Shown here: positions 19,763 through 29,724 of the stretch, piece after piece
Numbering within the stretch: position 1 is the first letter of the stretch
How the letters are laid out: each line of letters opens with the position of its first letter
Source: an uncultured Desulfosarcina sp.
GTDB taxonomy: Bacteria > Desulfobacterota > Desulfobacteria > Desulfobacterales > Desulfosarcinaceae
Direction of reading: 5' to 3'
Assembly (NCBI GenBank): GCA_963674945.2
Contig: CAXXWQ010000004.1
Location: forward strand, 256,001-320,000
DNA length: 64,000 nucleotides
Position numbers and translations under genes: made by a program
Notes under the pieces: generated by a model
The model's database searches: none
What the model saw: only the letters and a program-made list of their open reading frames with translations
What the model was told of the DNA's origin: nothing

Positions 19763-21046
19763 ATGACGACTTCAACCAGCGATTTTGCCAAAGCGATCTC
19801 GGTGGGCCGCCCACCCAATATCCAGAAACTTTTTCCCAACTCCAAGGCGCTCTTGGTCAGTGGAAAATTTATCGATCTGGCCATGCTCAAGAAACAAGAT
19901 GCAATCTGCATGGCGGCAAATGGCAGAAACAGCTTCGTTATTCGTGGGGCGCTGAAAGCCGCCCAGAGGGCAAATTCAGCGCTGATCATCGAAATCGCCC
20001 GGAGTGAGGGTGGCGCCAATGCCTATTGTGCTGTGAATTATTGGAATATTGCCATGATTGTAGATGCCACCTGCAATGAGTTGGGAATCACCATTCCCGT
20101 GGCATTGCACGCAGACCACTATGGCATCAAGAGTCAGGATGATATCCCCGACGCAAAAATCGAGATTCCCACAATTTTCGAGGCTGGCATCACATCCATT
20201 GCCATCGATGCAAGCCATCTTCCCGATGACCAGAACCTTTTGGCCAACCTGGAGTTGAATCCCTTTATTCCCGATTGGGCGGGCATGGAGACTGAAATAG
20301 GTGAAATTAAAGGAAAACTTGGCTTATCAACAAAAGAGGAGGCACTCTTTCTAATTCAGGGATTAAACGCCCATGACATTTTTCCCAATTGGATCGCCCT
20401 GAACAACGGTACCGTCCACGGGATAGAGGCCAGCGGACAAGGGATCCAGGTGGAGCTGACACGACAGATCCACAAGGCATTGGAGCCGTACCACGTTTCA
20501 GGTGCCCAACATGGCACTTCCGGTAACAGCTCACAGCGCCTTCGGGAGATTGCCAATCAAACCAACACCACCAAAGCCAACGTTGCCACAGCCTTACAGA
20601 TGATCTCCTGGGGGCTTGAGGTAAACGACTATGGTAATGCGGCATTGGACGAAGACGGCAATTTTATCAAGGTCCCGGAACAAGGTGTTACCGAAGCCAT
20701 GTGGGAAAAAATGGTGTTGTATGCCAAGGAGAAAGGCTTGACGGGTGGCAACTTTAAAAAACTCAACAGCCCCTTCGAAAACAAATTGTTGGGGCAACCC
20801 AAAAATATTCGGGAAAGAATGGAAAAACGGGTCGAAGATTTTGTTTACACAATGCTGGTCGATGTTTTCAATGCCCAGGATTCGGCAGATTTGGCAATCG
20901 AAGAAGTTCTTGCGACCAATGGTTACGATCCAGGCCCAAAAGCCCAGCGAATCGAGGACCCAAAAGATTGGACACGGGAAAAAATCGTGGAACGAGGCGC
21001 AACATTATCAGAGGATAGTGGCCCGGAAGGCGACTTCGATGACTAA
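19763..21046 (+). CDS. fba: class II fructose-bisphosphate aldolase
   Basis: LHADH, IAIDAS, ETEIGEI, NGTVHG, QHGTSG, KANVAT; AGGAGG RBS. Confidence 0.9.
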   Translation: MTTSTSDFAKAISVGRPPNIQKLFPNSKALLVSGKFIDLAMLKKQDAICMAANGRNSFVIRGALKAAQRANSALIIEIARSEGGANAYCAVNYWNIAMIVDATCNELGITIPVALHADHYGIKSQDDIPDAKIEIPTIFEAGITSIAIDASHLPDDQNLLANLELNPFIPDWAGMETEIGEIKGKLGLSTKEEALFLIQGLNAHDIFPNWIALNNGTVHGIEASGQGIQVELTRQIHKALEPYHVSGAQHGTSGNSSQRLREIANQTNTTKANVATALQMISWGLEVNDYGNAALDEDGNFIKVPEQGVTEAMWEKMVLYAKEKGLTGGNFKKLNSPFENKLLGQPKNIRERMEKRVEDFVYTMLVDVFNAQDSADLAIEEVLATNGYDPGPKAQRIEDPKDWTREKIVERGATLSEDSGPEGDFDD

Positions 21047-21260
21047 CGGACGAAAGCCAATGTTTCCCAAAAGAAACTGTTGGCCGCCCAATTTCCGATA
21101 TACAAGCTAAAGAAAACAGCCCATAAACCGATAACACTGCCGGATCATATCGACTCGGCAGTGTTTTTTTCCTGCCAGCACCTGCCTCCTGAAAAGAAGT
21201 CGTTTTTCAATAAATTTCCTTCATTTCACCTTCCATGTGACACTCACGTTTTTAATTTTC

Positions 21261-21288
21261 TAAAGTTTTCTTCTGGACCTGCCGATAG
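21261..21288 (+). promoter_or_regulatory. sigma28 (FliA)-type promoter
   Basis: TAAAGTTT...GCCGATAG (TAAA-N16-GCCGATAG), 20 nt before ATG 21308. Confidence 0.75.
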
Positions 21289-21307
21289 TGACATCGGAGG
21301 AAGTGTT

Positions 21308-21724
21308 ATGTACATACAGAGCTATCAAATTCATAATGTGTTAAATGTCTATCGTAGACAATTGAGTCAGGGGAAGTCCGAACATTCCCAAAATACGAAA
21401 ATACCGGAAAACAAATCGGACGCGGTTACCATCTCTGCAGAGGGCAGAAATCAGTCCATCATGGAGAAAGTAACCGCTAATGTACTGAAAAAAATAACAA
21501 ATATATTGCCAGATAAAGATTTCGACCAAAGAATGATCGGCCAGGCGCAACAAGAAAAGAGTGAAATGGTCCGTGTCCGAAAAGAAAATACATTTACCTT
21601 CAACACGATTGATAAGAATAATCTGAAAGAGACCCGATCCATTGCCGTCGACGATTTCAAAGGATTGATGAATCAACTGGATGAACTGGCGAAGGCGGCC
21701 GTGAACCTGGACAATACCGATTGA
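21308..21724 (+). CDS. DVU0524-like FlgM-associated protein
   Basis: MYIQSYQIHNVLNVYRRQL...DAVTISAEG; GGAGG RBS; sigma28 promoter upstream. Confidence 0.7.
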   Translation: MYIQSYQIHNVLNVYRRQLSQGKSEHSQNTKIPENKSDAVTISAEGRNQSIMEKVTANVLKKITNILPDKDFDQRMIGQAQQEKSEMVRVRKENTFTFNTIDKNNLKETRSIAVDDFKGLMNQLDELAKAAVNLDNTD

Positions 21725-21791
21725 CCCAAACAGTTTCCGATGAAAGGATAGCGGAAAGGAAACAAATTTGTAGAAAACAAAGGGGGTTGCC

Positions 21792-22088
21792 ATGTTGGAT
21801 GCAATTGGCGAATCAGTCGTCAGAACGACGGCACGCACAGACAACAATCTGGCGGTGGAAAATAAGGAAACGGTTCTTGAAAAAATCGAGAAAGTCGTTG
21901 AAGAGCGACCTGTGGAAAGCTCCAAAGAAGGAGCGAAACCCGATTCCGAAAACAAAAATGATACGGGTAAAAAGAGAGGGAGCTATGAGGTCGACGAGGA
22001 TGGTGTATTCTTAGAAAAATATGACAAAAAAGGGAATGTGGTCTACCGTACGCCACCAGAGGAAAAACCCATAGATAAGCATGTGTAG
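21792..22088 (+). CDS. hypothetical protein with FlaG-like C-terminus
   Basis: KYDKKGNVVYRTPPEE resembles the FlaG GEVIRQIPPE motif; AGGGGG RBS. Confidence 0.55.
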   Translation: MLDAIGESVVRTTARTDNNLAVENKETVLEKIEKVVEERPVESSKEGAKPDSENKNDTGKKRGSYEVDEDGVFLEKYDKKGNVVYRTPPEEKPIDKHV

Positions 22089-22165
22089 GACACATCCTTT
22101 TTCCCGAAGAAATGAGGTCGGCCTTGATGGCTGGCCTCATCCTGAAAATGATGATGGTTACACCG

Positions 22166-22981
22166 TCAGGCGAAACGGGCTTTTGCATCTTCCCAAACGG
22201 AGTTCATTTCTTGTAGGGTGAGATCTTCGATCTTTCTCCCCTCCCCGATGGCCTTTTCTTCCATAAAGGCAAATCTTTTTTCGAACTTTTGAATAGAGCG
22301 AATGAGCGCAATCTCCGGATGGATGCGAGCAAAACGTGCTACATTTACCATCGTAAACAAAATATCACCAAATTCGACAGTGGCCTTATCATGCCCACAT
22401 GGATCATCAAGGTTGGCAATTTCCTTTGAGAATTCCTTCCACTCCTCCATGGTTTTGTCCATCACCGAAATGATATTGTCCCAGTCAAAACCGGTTCGAG
22501 CGGCCCGCTCGGAAACAATAGATGCCCGAACCAAACCAGACGCACTTTTCGGAATACTGCTTAAAACAGTGGAAGCTTCGGAATCGCGTTTCTCCGCTCG
22601 TTTTATCTCTTCCCAATTTTCACGTACTTTTTCAGTTGTTTGGGCAGTAGCGTCACCAAAGACATGGGGGTGCCTGCGCACCATTTTTTTTAAATTTTTC
22701 TCTATCACCGTCGCAAGATCAAAGTCCCCGGATGTCGTGAACATATGAATGATGAAAAGTAATTGGAACATGACATCGCCGGCCTCTTCACATATATCCG
22801 TTGTATCTTCCGATAAAATTGCATCCACCAATTCGTATACTTCTTCAATAAGATAGCGAGTCATTGAGGCCGGTGTCTGCTTTTTATCCCAAGGACACCC
22901 TTTGGGTCCTCGCAAGGTTTCGATGAGAGTGGTGATGGGTGCAACACAAGTGGCGGGTGTGGGTCTTATCGTGTCTGCCAA
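22166..22981 (-). CDS. mazG: nucleoside triphosphate pyrophosphohydrolase
   Basis: GCPWDKKQT, EEAGD, RRHPHVF, GFDW, EFGDILF. Confidence 0.96.
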   Translation of the reverse strand: MADTIRPTPATCVAPITTLIETLRGPKGCPWDKKQTPASMTRYLIEEVYELVDAILSEDTTDICEEAGDVMFQLLFIIHMFTTSGDFDLATVIEKNLKKMVRRHPHVFGDATAQTTEKVRENWEEIKRAEKRDSEASTVLSSIPKSASGLVRASIVSERAARTGFDWDNIISVMDKTMEEWKEFSKEIANLDDPCGHDKATVEFGDILFTMVNVARFARIHPEIALIRSIQKFEKRFAFMEEKAIGEGRKIEDLTLQEMNSVWEDAKARFA

Positions 22982-23490
22982 AATTTCTGTAAATCCTTAA
23001 TCTTTGATGAAAAGTTTGACTTCATCTCTTTTGAGAGTACCTTTGCCAGGACTTCTGATGTCGCTGAAACATGGGGAGCCAGGACGGAGTTTTTGAGAAG
23101 GGTCGATCCTTTGGGCAAAAAGGCAGCTAACACAATGAACAGGACACAAACGACCAAGCACCCTTTGACCAATCCAAACACGGCTCCACCAAGCCGGTCC
23201 AGCCACCCCAGAAAGGCAATATTCAAAAGATACTTAATGACCACGGCAAGCACACCAACAACGATAACAGCAGCAGAAAATATAATCAAATAACTGATAA
23301 TATTTTGGTATGCCGGTGTCGTGATCCAAGACGATATCAGCCGGGCCAAGTGAGGATAGTATGTGTACGCACCGTAAAAACCACCTAACACACCGATAAT
23401 AGAGGATATCTCTCTCACCACCCCCCTAAAAATTCCTCGGATCAATCCGTACGCGAGGATGGTAATGATCAAAATATCGAAAGGATTCAT
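22966..23490 (-). CDS. cvpA: CvpA (colicin V production) family membrane protein
   Basis: MNPFDI..RGVVRE..LDRLGGAVFGLVKG. Confidence 0.92.
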   Translation of the reverse strand: MNPFDILIITILAYGLIRGIFRGVVREISSIIGVLGGFYGAYTYYPHLARLISSWITTPAYQNIISYLIIFSAAVIVVGVLAVVIKYLLNIAFLGWLDRLGGAVFGLVKGCLVVCVLFIVLAAFLPKGSTLLKNSVLAPHVSATSEVLAKVLSKEMKSNFSSKIKDLQKFWQTR

Positions 23491-23746
23491 AATTGTCCTT
23501 AAAAAACAAGCGATAGCGAGTTAGAAAAAGTTAGAGTTAGCAAAGCGGCAAAAGCCAGTCAAGCCTTTTCACCAAAACCAGTATGGGATTTGGCGTTTGC
23601 ATTCCAACCAAAAGTCGGATATGCCAATCCCATTAAAGGAGTGGATCCATTGTCACTGGATTCAATCGTTTGACAATTGAGTGGTGAGGCCCCATACTTT
23701 GGACAATTTGTCGTTCGGGGAACGCGATTTTGTGACAGAGCAGATT

Positions 23747-24742
23747 ATGGAAAATTGCACACGAAGCAAACAAGCGCGACTTAGCTTTTCCAATGTAGAA
23801 TTGGCCAGACAGCTCTTTGGTGAACAGGACAATCACCTAAAGCGACTTGCCGACCTTCTGGGAATCGATATCCACGGACGGGGCAACACAATAGATTTGA
23901 AGGGGGAAGCCCATGCCGTCAATCTTGGAAGGAATGTGTTTGAGCAATTGTATGGACTGCTGAAGGAGAATTATCCGATTTATTCCAGCGATATTGACTA
24001 CGCCCTGCGAATTCTGCGAGAAAATCACAGTGCGGATCTTAAAGAAATTTTCCTGGATACCGTTTTTATCACTTCCAAAAAACGGGCGATTACACCAAGG
24101 AACCAGAACCAGAAAATCTATATCGAAGCCATGCGAAACTTCGATATCGTATTTGGGATCGGCCCCGCTGGAACGGGAAAAACCTACTTGGCTATGGCCA
24201 TGGCCGTATCTGCCTTGACCAAGGGGATCGTCAGTCGGATCATTCTGACGCGGCCCGCCGTGGAAGCCGGTGAATCCCTGGGTTTTTTGCCGGGGGATCT
24301 GACGGACAAAGTCGACCCTTACCTTAGACCTCTATATGATGCGCTTCACGACATGATGCGATTCGAAAAGGTCGCCACATTGATGCAAAACGGGGTGATT
24401 GAAGTTGCGCCATTGGCTTTCATGCGGGGAAGAACCCTCAACGAAGCGTTTATCATTTTAGATGAAGCCCAAAATACGACAACCGAACAGATGAAGATGT
24501 TTCTGACCCGAATCGGTTTCAACTCCAAGGCCGTTGTGACCGGAGATATCACCCAAATCGACCTACCGACGGGAAAATCATCTGGACTTGTCGAGGCCAA
24601 GGAGATTTTAACTTCGGTTGAAGGTATTCAGTTTATTCACTTTACCCGGCACGATGTTGTCCGGCATCGATTGGTACAGTGCATTATCGACGCCTATGAA
24701 AAGATGGAAGCCAATCGCCGCACCAATGAATCGAACCGATAA
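23747..24742 (+). CDS. phoH: PhoH-like ATPase (YbeZ)
   Basis: GPAGTGKT, RPAVEAGE, AFMRGRT, DEAQN. Confidence 0.96.
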   Translation: MENCTRSKQARLSFSNVELARQLFGEQDNHLKRLADLLGIDIHGRGNTIDLKGEAHAVNLGRNVFEQLYGLLKENYPIYSSDIDYALRILRENHSADLKEIFLDTVFITSKKRAITPRNQNQKIYIEAMRNFDIVFGIGPAGTGKTYLAMAMAVSALTKGIVSRIILTRPAVEAGESLGFLPGDLTDKVDPYLRPLYDALHDMMRFEKVATLMQNGVIEVAPLAFMRGRTLNEAFIILDEAQNTTTEQMKMFLTRIGFNSKAVVTGDITQIDLPTGKSSGLVEAKEILTSVEGIQFIHFTRHDVVRHRLVQCIIDAYEKMEANRRTNESNR

Positions 24743-24796
24743 ATTAAAGGTGTATTACGGCCCTTTTGCTGTCGTGGGCACCACTTGGCAAACCAA

Positions 24797-27217
24797 ATGA
24801 TTCGCGAACGAAAAAAAGAGCCAATACAAAACCTCCTTGCGACAAGTGCTACAGTGCGCTGGTCGCTTTTGTTTCTTATCGTTCTCATTTTTACGATTGC
24901 GCTATACCCGGAACTCGTGGTTCAGAAACAACGGTACCAAATCGGGGATGTGGCAAAAAAAGATGTCAAAGCCTCGGAAGACTTTTTCATTGAAGATAAG
25001 GACGCCACACAAAACCATCGAGATCAGGCAATCAATGACGTTCGAGCCGTATATGATTTCAATCCCAGGATTCTAAAAAATACAACACATCGCTTAAACG
25101 ATGCGTTTGCTCTTGTTCGCACACAGTACGAACAAGAGTTGGAAAAATCGGCAAACCAGATGGAGATCCAACCCAATTCCCTACCGGATGAAGAGGGGAA
25201 GCCTGATCTCGAAAATTTTCAGAGTGTTTCCCTTGAGAAACGAATGCTTGAAAAAAAGAACCTTTTCGAAGAGCGAATCGGCCTCAGTATCAGTGAAGGC
25301 GCCTTTTTAATCCTAATGAAAAATGAATTTACTACTGAAATCCCACGCCTGATAACGAATATCATTTCTCAATTACTAACAACCGGTGTGGTCGCCAACA
25401 AGGAAATTCTACTCAAAGAGGTGGACAAAGGAATCACGTTACGCAACGTGGTGACCTTGACCGAAGCCCATGTATTGAGCCTGAAACAATTCTATGGACC
25501 GGACCAAGCCAAGGCCATGGTGAGGGTCATCGGCGATCCCCTTCTCAAGGGAATGGATTACGCTCTTCTCAATCTTATTGTCGACTTATCTCAGCGATTG
25601 CTCCGTCCTAACATTACTTTGAACAGTCATGAAACAGAAGCCCGAAGAAAAATAGCCGATGAAAGCGTCAAGCCCGTTTTGTACATGATCAAGAAGGGAG
25701 AGATGCTGCTTCGGGAAGGCGAGCGCGTTACTCCGCTTCAGCTTCGTAAGATAGACGCCATGGTCGACCAGGCACAAACCCATCGTGTCCCCCTGGCAAG
25801 TTCGGCGGCCGCAGCACTTCTGACGATTATCCTGGTGATTCAATACCGCGTTCGACTCGTTGATAAGATGAAAGGATCGAATTTCGCCAATAAGGATTTG
25901 CTTTTTTTCAGTTGTATTATGGTGGCCTTCATCGTCCTGGTGAAATTTTCCACGACCGTTCCAGATGGCTGGTTTTTCGGACGCCCTCCCTCACTTCCAA
26001 CGGGATTCGGCATTCCCCTCGCCGCCGGCGCAATGGTCGTCTGTCTGTTTAAAGGACAAGAAATTGCCCTGATTTTTTCTCTAGCCCTGGCAGTGTGCGC
26101 AACAATGGTGCTCCAGGGAGGTCTGGAGACATTCATCTATTTCATCATCAGTTGCACCATGGCATCCTGGTGGCTTCAGGATTGCCGGGAAAGAAAAATC
26201 ATCATTAAAACGGGTGCAAAGATCGGATTGCTCAACACACTTTTGGCAACCGTCATTAACATTTATTTGGGCAACGCATCGTGGGGCACATTGCCATTTG
26301 ATTTGGTCGTTCCTTTTATCGGAGGGGTCGTCGCAGGGATCATTACCGTAGGCATCGCACCGGTAATCGAAATTCTATTTCGGTATACCACTGATATCAC
26401 GCTGCTGGAATTGGCCAACCTGGACCAGCCCATTTTGCGTAAGCTCATGCTGGAAGCACCCGGAACGTATCACCACAGCGTCGTGGTCGGCTCCCTTGTT
26501 GAGGCAGCGGCGGCCGACATCGGCGCAAGCCCGATCCTGGCAAAGGTCTGCGGGTATTATCACGACATCGGAAAATTGAAAAATCCTTTGTATTTCATCG
26601 AAAATCAATTGGGGGGAAAGAATCGGCACGACAAACTGGCACCTTCCATGTCCGCCTTGATCCTGATTGCACATGTAAAAAACGGAGTTGAAATCGCCCG
26701 GAAAAACAAACTCGGACAAACCATTATCGATACCATCCAGCAACATCATGGCAGCAGTTTGATCAGCTATTTTTATGAAAAGGCAAAAACGATCAAGGAC
26801 GAAAAATCAGTCAATATCGATGACTTCAGATATCCGGGTCCCTTGCCGCAGACGAAAGAGGCGGCGTTGGTCATGCTTGCTGATGTTGTCGAAGCGGCTT
26901 CCCGCACCTTGAGCAACCCGACCCCATCGCGCATTCAGGGTATGGTGCACAAACTGATCAACAAGGTTTTCTCCGACGGTCAATTGGACCATTGTGAGTT
27001 GACATTGAAAGATCTTCACCATATTGCAAAAAGCTTCAACAAGATCCTAAACGGGATTCATCACCATCGTATCGAATATCTGGAAAATTCGAACATCGTC
27101 TCCGGAAAGACCAAAAATGGAAGTGTTGATCGAAAACAGACAAAATCGCCACAACCTGCCGATGAAAAAGATAGAGAAGACGGCCAGACAAATATTAGAC
27201 GCCTTGGGATTTCCTGA
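24797..27217 (+). CDS. 7TM-HD family phosphohydrolase (PgpH-like, putative c-di-AMP phosphodiesterase)
   Basis: N-terminal TM, large extracellular domain, 7 TM, APGTYHHS, YHDIGK, QHHG, MLADVVEAA. Confidence 0.9.
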   Translation: MIRERKKEPIQNLLATSATVRWSLLFLIVLIFTIALYPELVVQKQRYQIGDVAKKDVKASEDFFIEDKDATQNHRDQAINDVRAVYDFNPRILKNTTHRLNDAFALVRTQYEQELEKSANQMEIQPNSLPDEEGKPDLENFQSVSLEKRMLEKKNLFEERIGLSISEGAFLILMKNEFTTEIPRLITNIISQLLTTGVVANKEILLKEVDKGITLRNVVTLTEAHVLSLKQFYGPDQAKAMVRVIGDPLLKGMDYALLNLIVDLSQRLLRPNITLNSHETEARRKIADESVKPVLYMIKKGEMLLREGERVTPLQLRKIDAMVDQAQTHRVPLASSAAAALLTIILVIQYRVRLVDKMKGSNFANKDLLFFSCIMVAFIVLVKFSTTVPDGWFFGRPPSLPTGFGIPLAAGAMVVCLFKGQEIALIFSLALAVCATMVLQGGLETFIYFIISCTMASWWLQDCRERKIIIKTGAKIGLLNTLLATVINIYLGNASWGTLPFDLVVPFIGGVVAGIITVGIAPVIEILFRYTTDITLLELANLDQPILRKLMLEAPGTYHHSVVVGSLVEAAAADIGASPILAKVCGYYHDIGKLKNPLYFIENQLGGKNRHDKLAPSMSALILIAHVKNGVEIARKNKLGQTIIDTIQQHHGSSLISYFYEKAKTIKDEKSVNIDDFRYPGPLPQTKEAALVMLADVVEAASRTLSNPTPSRIQGMVHKLINKVFSDGQLDHCELTLKDLHHIAKSFNKILNGIHHHRIEYLENSNIVSGKTKNGSVDRKQTKSPQPADEKDREDGQTNIRRLGIS

Positions 27218-27560
27218 TGCCCAGTTGTCCGTTTTGATCGTTGACGACGACCAGATCGCATCCCTCAACAAGAACTACCTGAATCACACGGGCCCCACCA
27301 ACGTCATCTCTTTTCCCATGCAAGAAGGACCGTTTCCCGAAATCACCCCCGACGTTTTGGGCGATGTCGTGATTTCCGCCGACACGGCCCATAGGGAAGC
27401 CGTGGATGCCGACATGCCGATGATGTCCCGCATCTATCAACTCCTGATACACGGAATTCTTCATCTCGTCGGTTACGACCATGTCCACTCCAGAGAGGAA
27501 GCCATCCGGATGGAACGAAAAAGCGAGGAACTCTACGAACGCATTGTGAGGGAGGCGTAG
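27117..27560 (+). CDS. ybeY: rRNA maturation endoribonuclease YbeY
   Basis: PTNVISF, LGDVVIS, HGILHLVGYDH. Confidence 0.95.
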   Translation: MEVLIENRQNRHNLPMKKIEKTARQILDALGFPDAQLSVLIVDDDQIASLNKNYLNHTGPTNVISFPMQEGPFPEITPDVLGDVVISADTAHREAVDADMPMMSRIYQLLIHGILHLVGYDHVHSREEAIRMERKSEELYERIVREA

Positions 27561-27563
27561 AAA

Positions 27564-29180
27564 ATGTTTCTGGTAACGGCGAGCGAAATGCAGAAAATGG
27601 ATCGAACCACCATCGAAACGTTTGGCGTGCCGGGCCGGGTTCTCATGGAAAACGCCGGCAGAGGCGCAACCGTGTTTTTTCTGGAAACCGTCTATCGTCA
27701 TCACCCCGGTGAAGTGGGTATCGCCGCCGGCAGAGGAAACAATGGTGGCGACGGCTTTGTCATGGCCCGTTATCTTCGTCAAAAGGGCATTCGAGCCACC
27801 GTGTTTCTCTTTGCCAAAAGGGATCGGGTCGCGGGTGACGCCGAAGTCAACCTGCGACTTCTGGATGCCATGGATATCCCCGTCGTGGAGATCGCCGATG
27901 AGACAGCCTTCGCTGCCCAGATACCATTGATGCGACGCCAGGTCACATGGATTGACGCTGTATTGGGAACGGGGCTCAATTCCGATGTTCGGGGACACTT
28001 TTACAACACCATCCAATTTATCAAGGACCAGAACCGACCGGTGTTTGCCGTGGATATCGCCTCGGGCCTCAATGCCGATACCGGCCAAATCTGCGGCATC
28101 TGCATTGAAGCGGACGCCACGGCTACCTTTGGTTTTCCCAAAATCGGACATATTGTCTATCCGGGACGCGAGTGCACCGGAAAACTGAAAGTCATCGAAA
28201 TCGGAATCCCCCCGCATGTAGCCGAAAATGTGGGCTGCCGGCAGCGACTCGTTTCCCCCTGGAACGTAAAACAAGAGATGCCCCGACGACCGAAAACCGC
28301 CCACAAAGGCCAAACCGGCCATCTGTTGATTATCGCCGGATCCGCAGGAAAAACCGGTGCCGCCGCCATGACGGCCACCTCCGCCATGCGTACCGGTGCA
28401 GGGTTGGTGACACTCGGAATCCCCAAGTCGCTCAATGGCATACTGGAGACCCTGGTGACGGAGGCCATGACCGTAGGGCTGCCCGAAACAGAGGAAATGA
28501 CCATCGATGAAACCGCATTCGAAACCATCGTCTCCCATTGCAAGGACAAGCGCTGCCTTGCAATGGGACCGGGGATCGGGACGCATCCCGCGACGGGTCG
28601 GCTTTTGGGGCGACTCATGGAAAACCTCAGGTTGCCCATGGTTTTGGACGCAGATGCCCTGAATTTGATCGCGAAAGACCCATCGATACTCACCAGGACG
28701 AAATCAGCGCTTGTGCTCACGCCGCACCCGGGAGAAATGGCAAGGCTCGGCGGTCATTCGACCGGAGAGATTCAGAGGGATCGCGTCGGCCATGCGCGTG
28801 CATTCGCCAAAAAATACGGCGTTCACTTGGTATTAAAAGGCCCGGCAACGATCATCGCCCAGCCGGATGAAACGGTCTATATCAATCCAACCGGTAATCC
28901 GGGAATGGCCGCAGGCGGCATGGGAGACGTTCTCACAGGGCTCATTGCCGGGCTCATTGTCCAGGGAACGGAAATCGGTGCGGCGGCGCGCACCGGGGTA
29001 TATCTCCATGGTCTTGCCGCCGATATCCTGGCGATACAAACGGCATCCTTCGGCTATCTGGCTACGGAGGTGATGAATTCCATTCCCCGCGCAATGACCA
29101 CATTGCACCAGATCGACGGCTCTGGCAATTGGCCAATCGTTGATCCTTTGCACTATCAGGCCCATGGAGCCGAATCGTAG
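27564..29180 (+). CDS. nnr: bifunctional NAD(P)H-hydrate epimerase/dehydratase
   Basis: LMENAG, GNNGGDG, DIASG, HKGQTG, GPGIG, DADAL, TPHPGE, GMGDVL. Confidence 0.96.
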   Translation: MFLVTASEMQKMDRTTIETFGVPGRVLMENAGRGATVFFLETVYRHHPGEVGIAAGRGNNGGDGFVMARYLRQKGIRATVFLFAKRDRVAGDAEVNLRLLDAMDIPVVEIADETAFAAQIPLMRRQVTWIDAVLGTGLNSDVRGHFYNTIQFIKDQNRPVFAVDIASGLNADTGQICGICIEADATATFGFPKIGHIVYPGRECTGKLKVIEIGIPPHVAENVGCRQRLVSPWNVKQEMPRRPKTAHKGQTGHLLIIAGSAGKTGAAAMTATSAMRTGAGLVTLGIPKSLNGILETLVTEAMTVGLPETEEMTIDETAFETIVSHCKDKRCLAMGPGIGTHPATGRLLGRLMENLRLPMVLDADALNLIAKDPSILTRTKSALVLTPHPGEMARLGGHSTGEIQRDRVGHARAFAKKYGVHLVLKGPATIIAQPDETVYINPTGNPGMAAGGMGDVLTGLIAGLIVQGTEIGAAARTGVYLHGLAADILAIQTASFGYLATEVMNSIPRAMTTLHQIDGSGNWPIVDPLHYQAHGAES

Positions 29181-29684
29181 ATGAGTCACTTCTCCCCTGG
29201 CAGTAAGAATCACGCCGCTTTCGAGTTCATTACTCATTCGCCGGCCCAAACCAAAAAGTTGGGGCACAATCTGGGTCGAAGGCTGCGAGGCGGTCTTTCC
29301 CTTTTGCTTTTCGGCGATCTGGCTTGCGGAAAAACCGTATTCTGCAAAGGGGTTGCAAGTGGCCTGGAAGTTCCCGCATCCTATACGATTTCTAGCCCGA
29401 CCTATACGTTGATCAATGAATACCCGGGTCGCCTTCCATTTTTTCATGTTGATCTGTACCGGTTGCCGGAACCGGTCGAACCCGACGAGATCGGTCTTGA
29501 AGAAATCTTTGAAGATGGCGGCATCTGCGCCGTGGAGTGGTCCGAACGACTTCACATCGAGGACCGACCACCGTGTAGATTGGAACTGTTTTTTCGCGTC
29601 ACCGGTGATCTTTCCCGCCTGATCCGCACAATTGCATATGGACTTGACCCATCTGATCTGCTACATGGAATCGACATTTTTTGA
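29181..29684 (+). CDS. tsaE: t6A biosynthesis ATPase TsaE
   Basis: GDLACGKT, SPTYTL, HVDLYRL, VEW. Confidence 0.95.
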   Translation: MSHFSPGSKNHAAFEFITHSPAQTKKLGHNLGRRLRGGLSLLLFGDLACGKTVFCKGVASGLEVPASYTISSPTYTLINEYPGRLPFFHVDLYRLPEPVEPDEIGLEEIFEDGGICAVEWSERLHIEDRPPCRLELFFRVTGDLSRLIRTIAYGLDPSDLLHGIDIF

Positions 29685-29724
29685 ATCATAAAAAGACCGC
29701 ATCAAGCGGTTGAGGTTTACGCTT

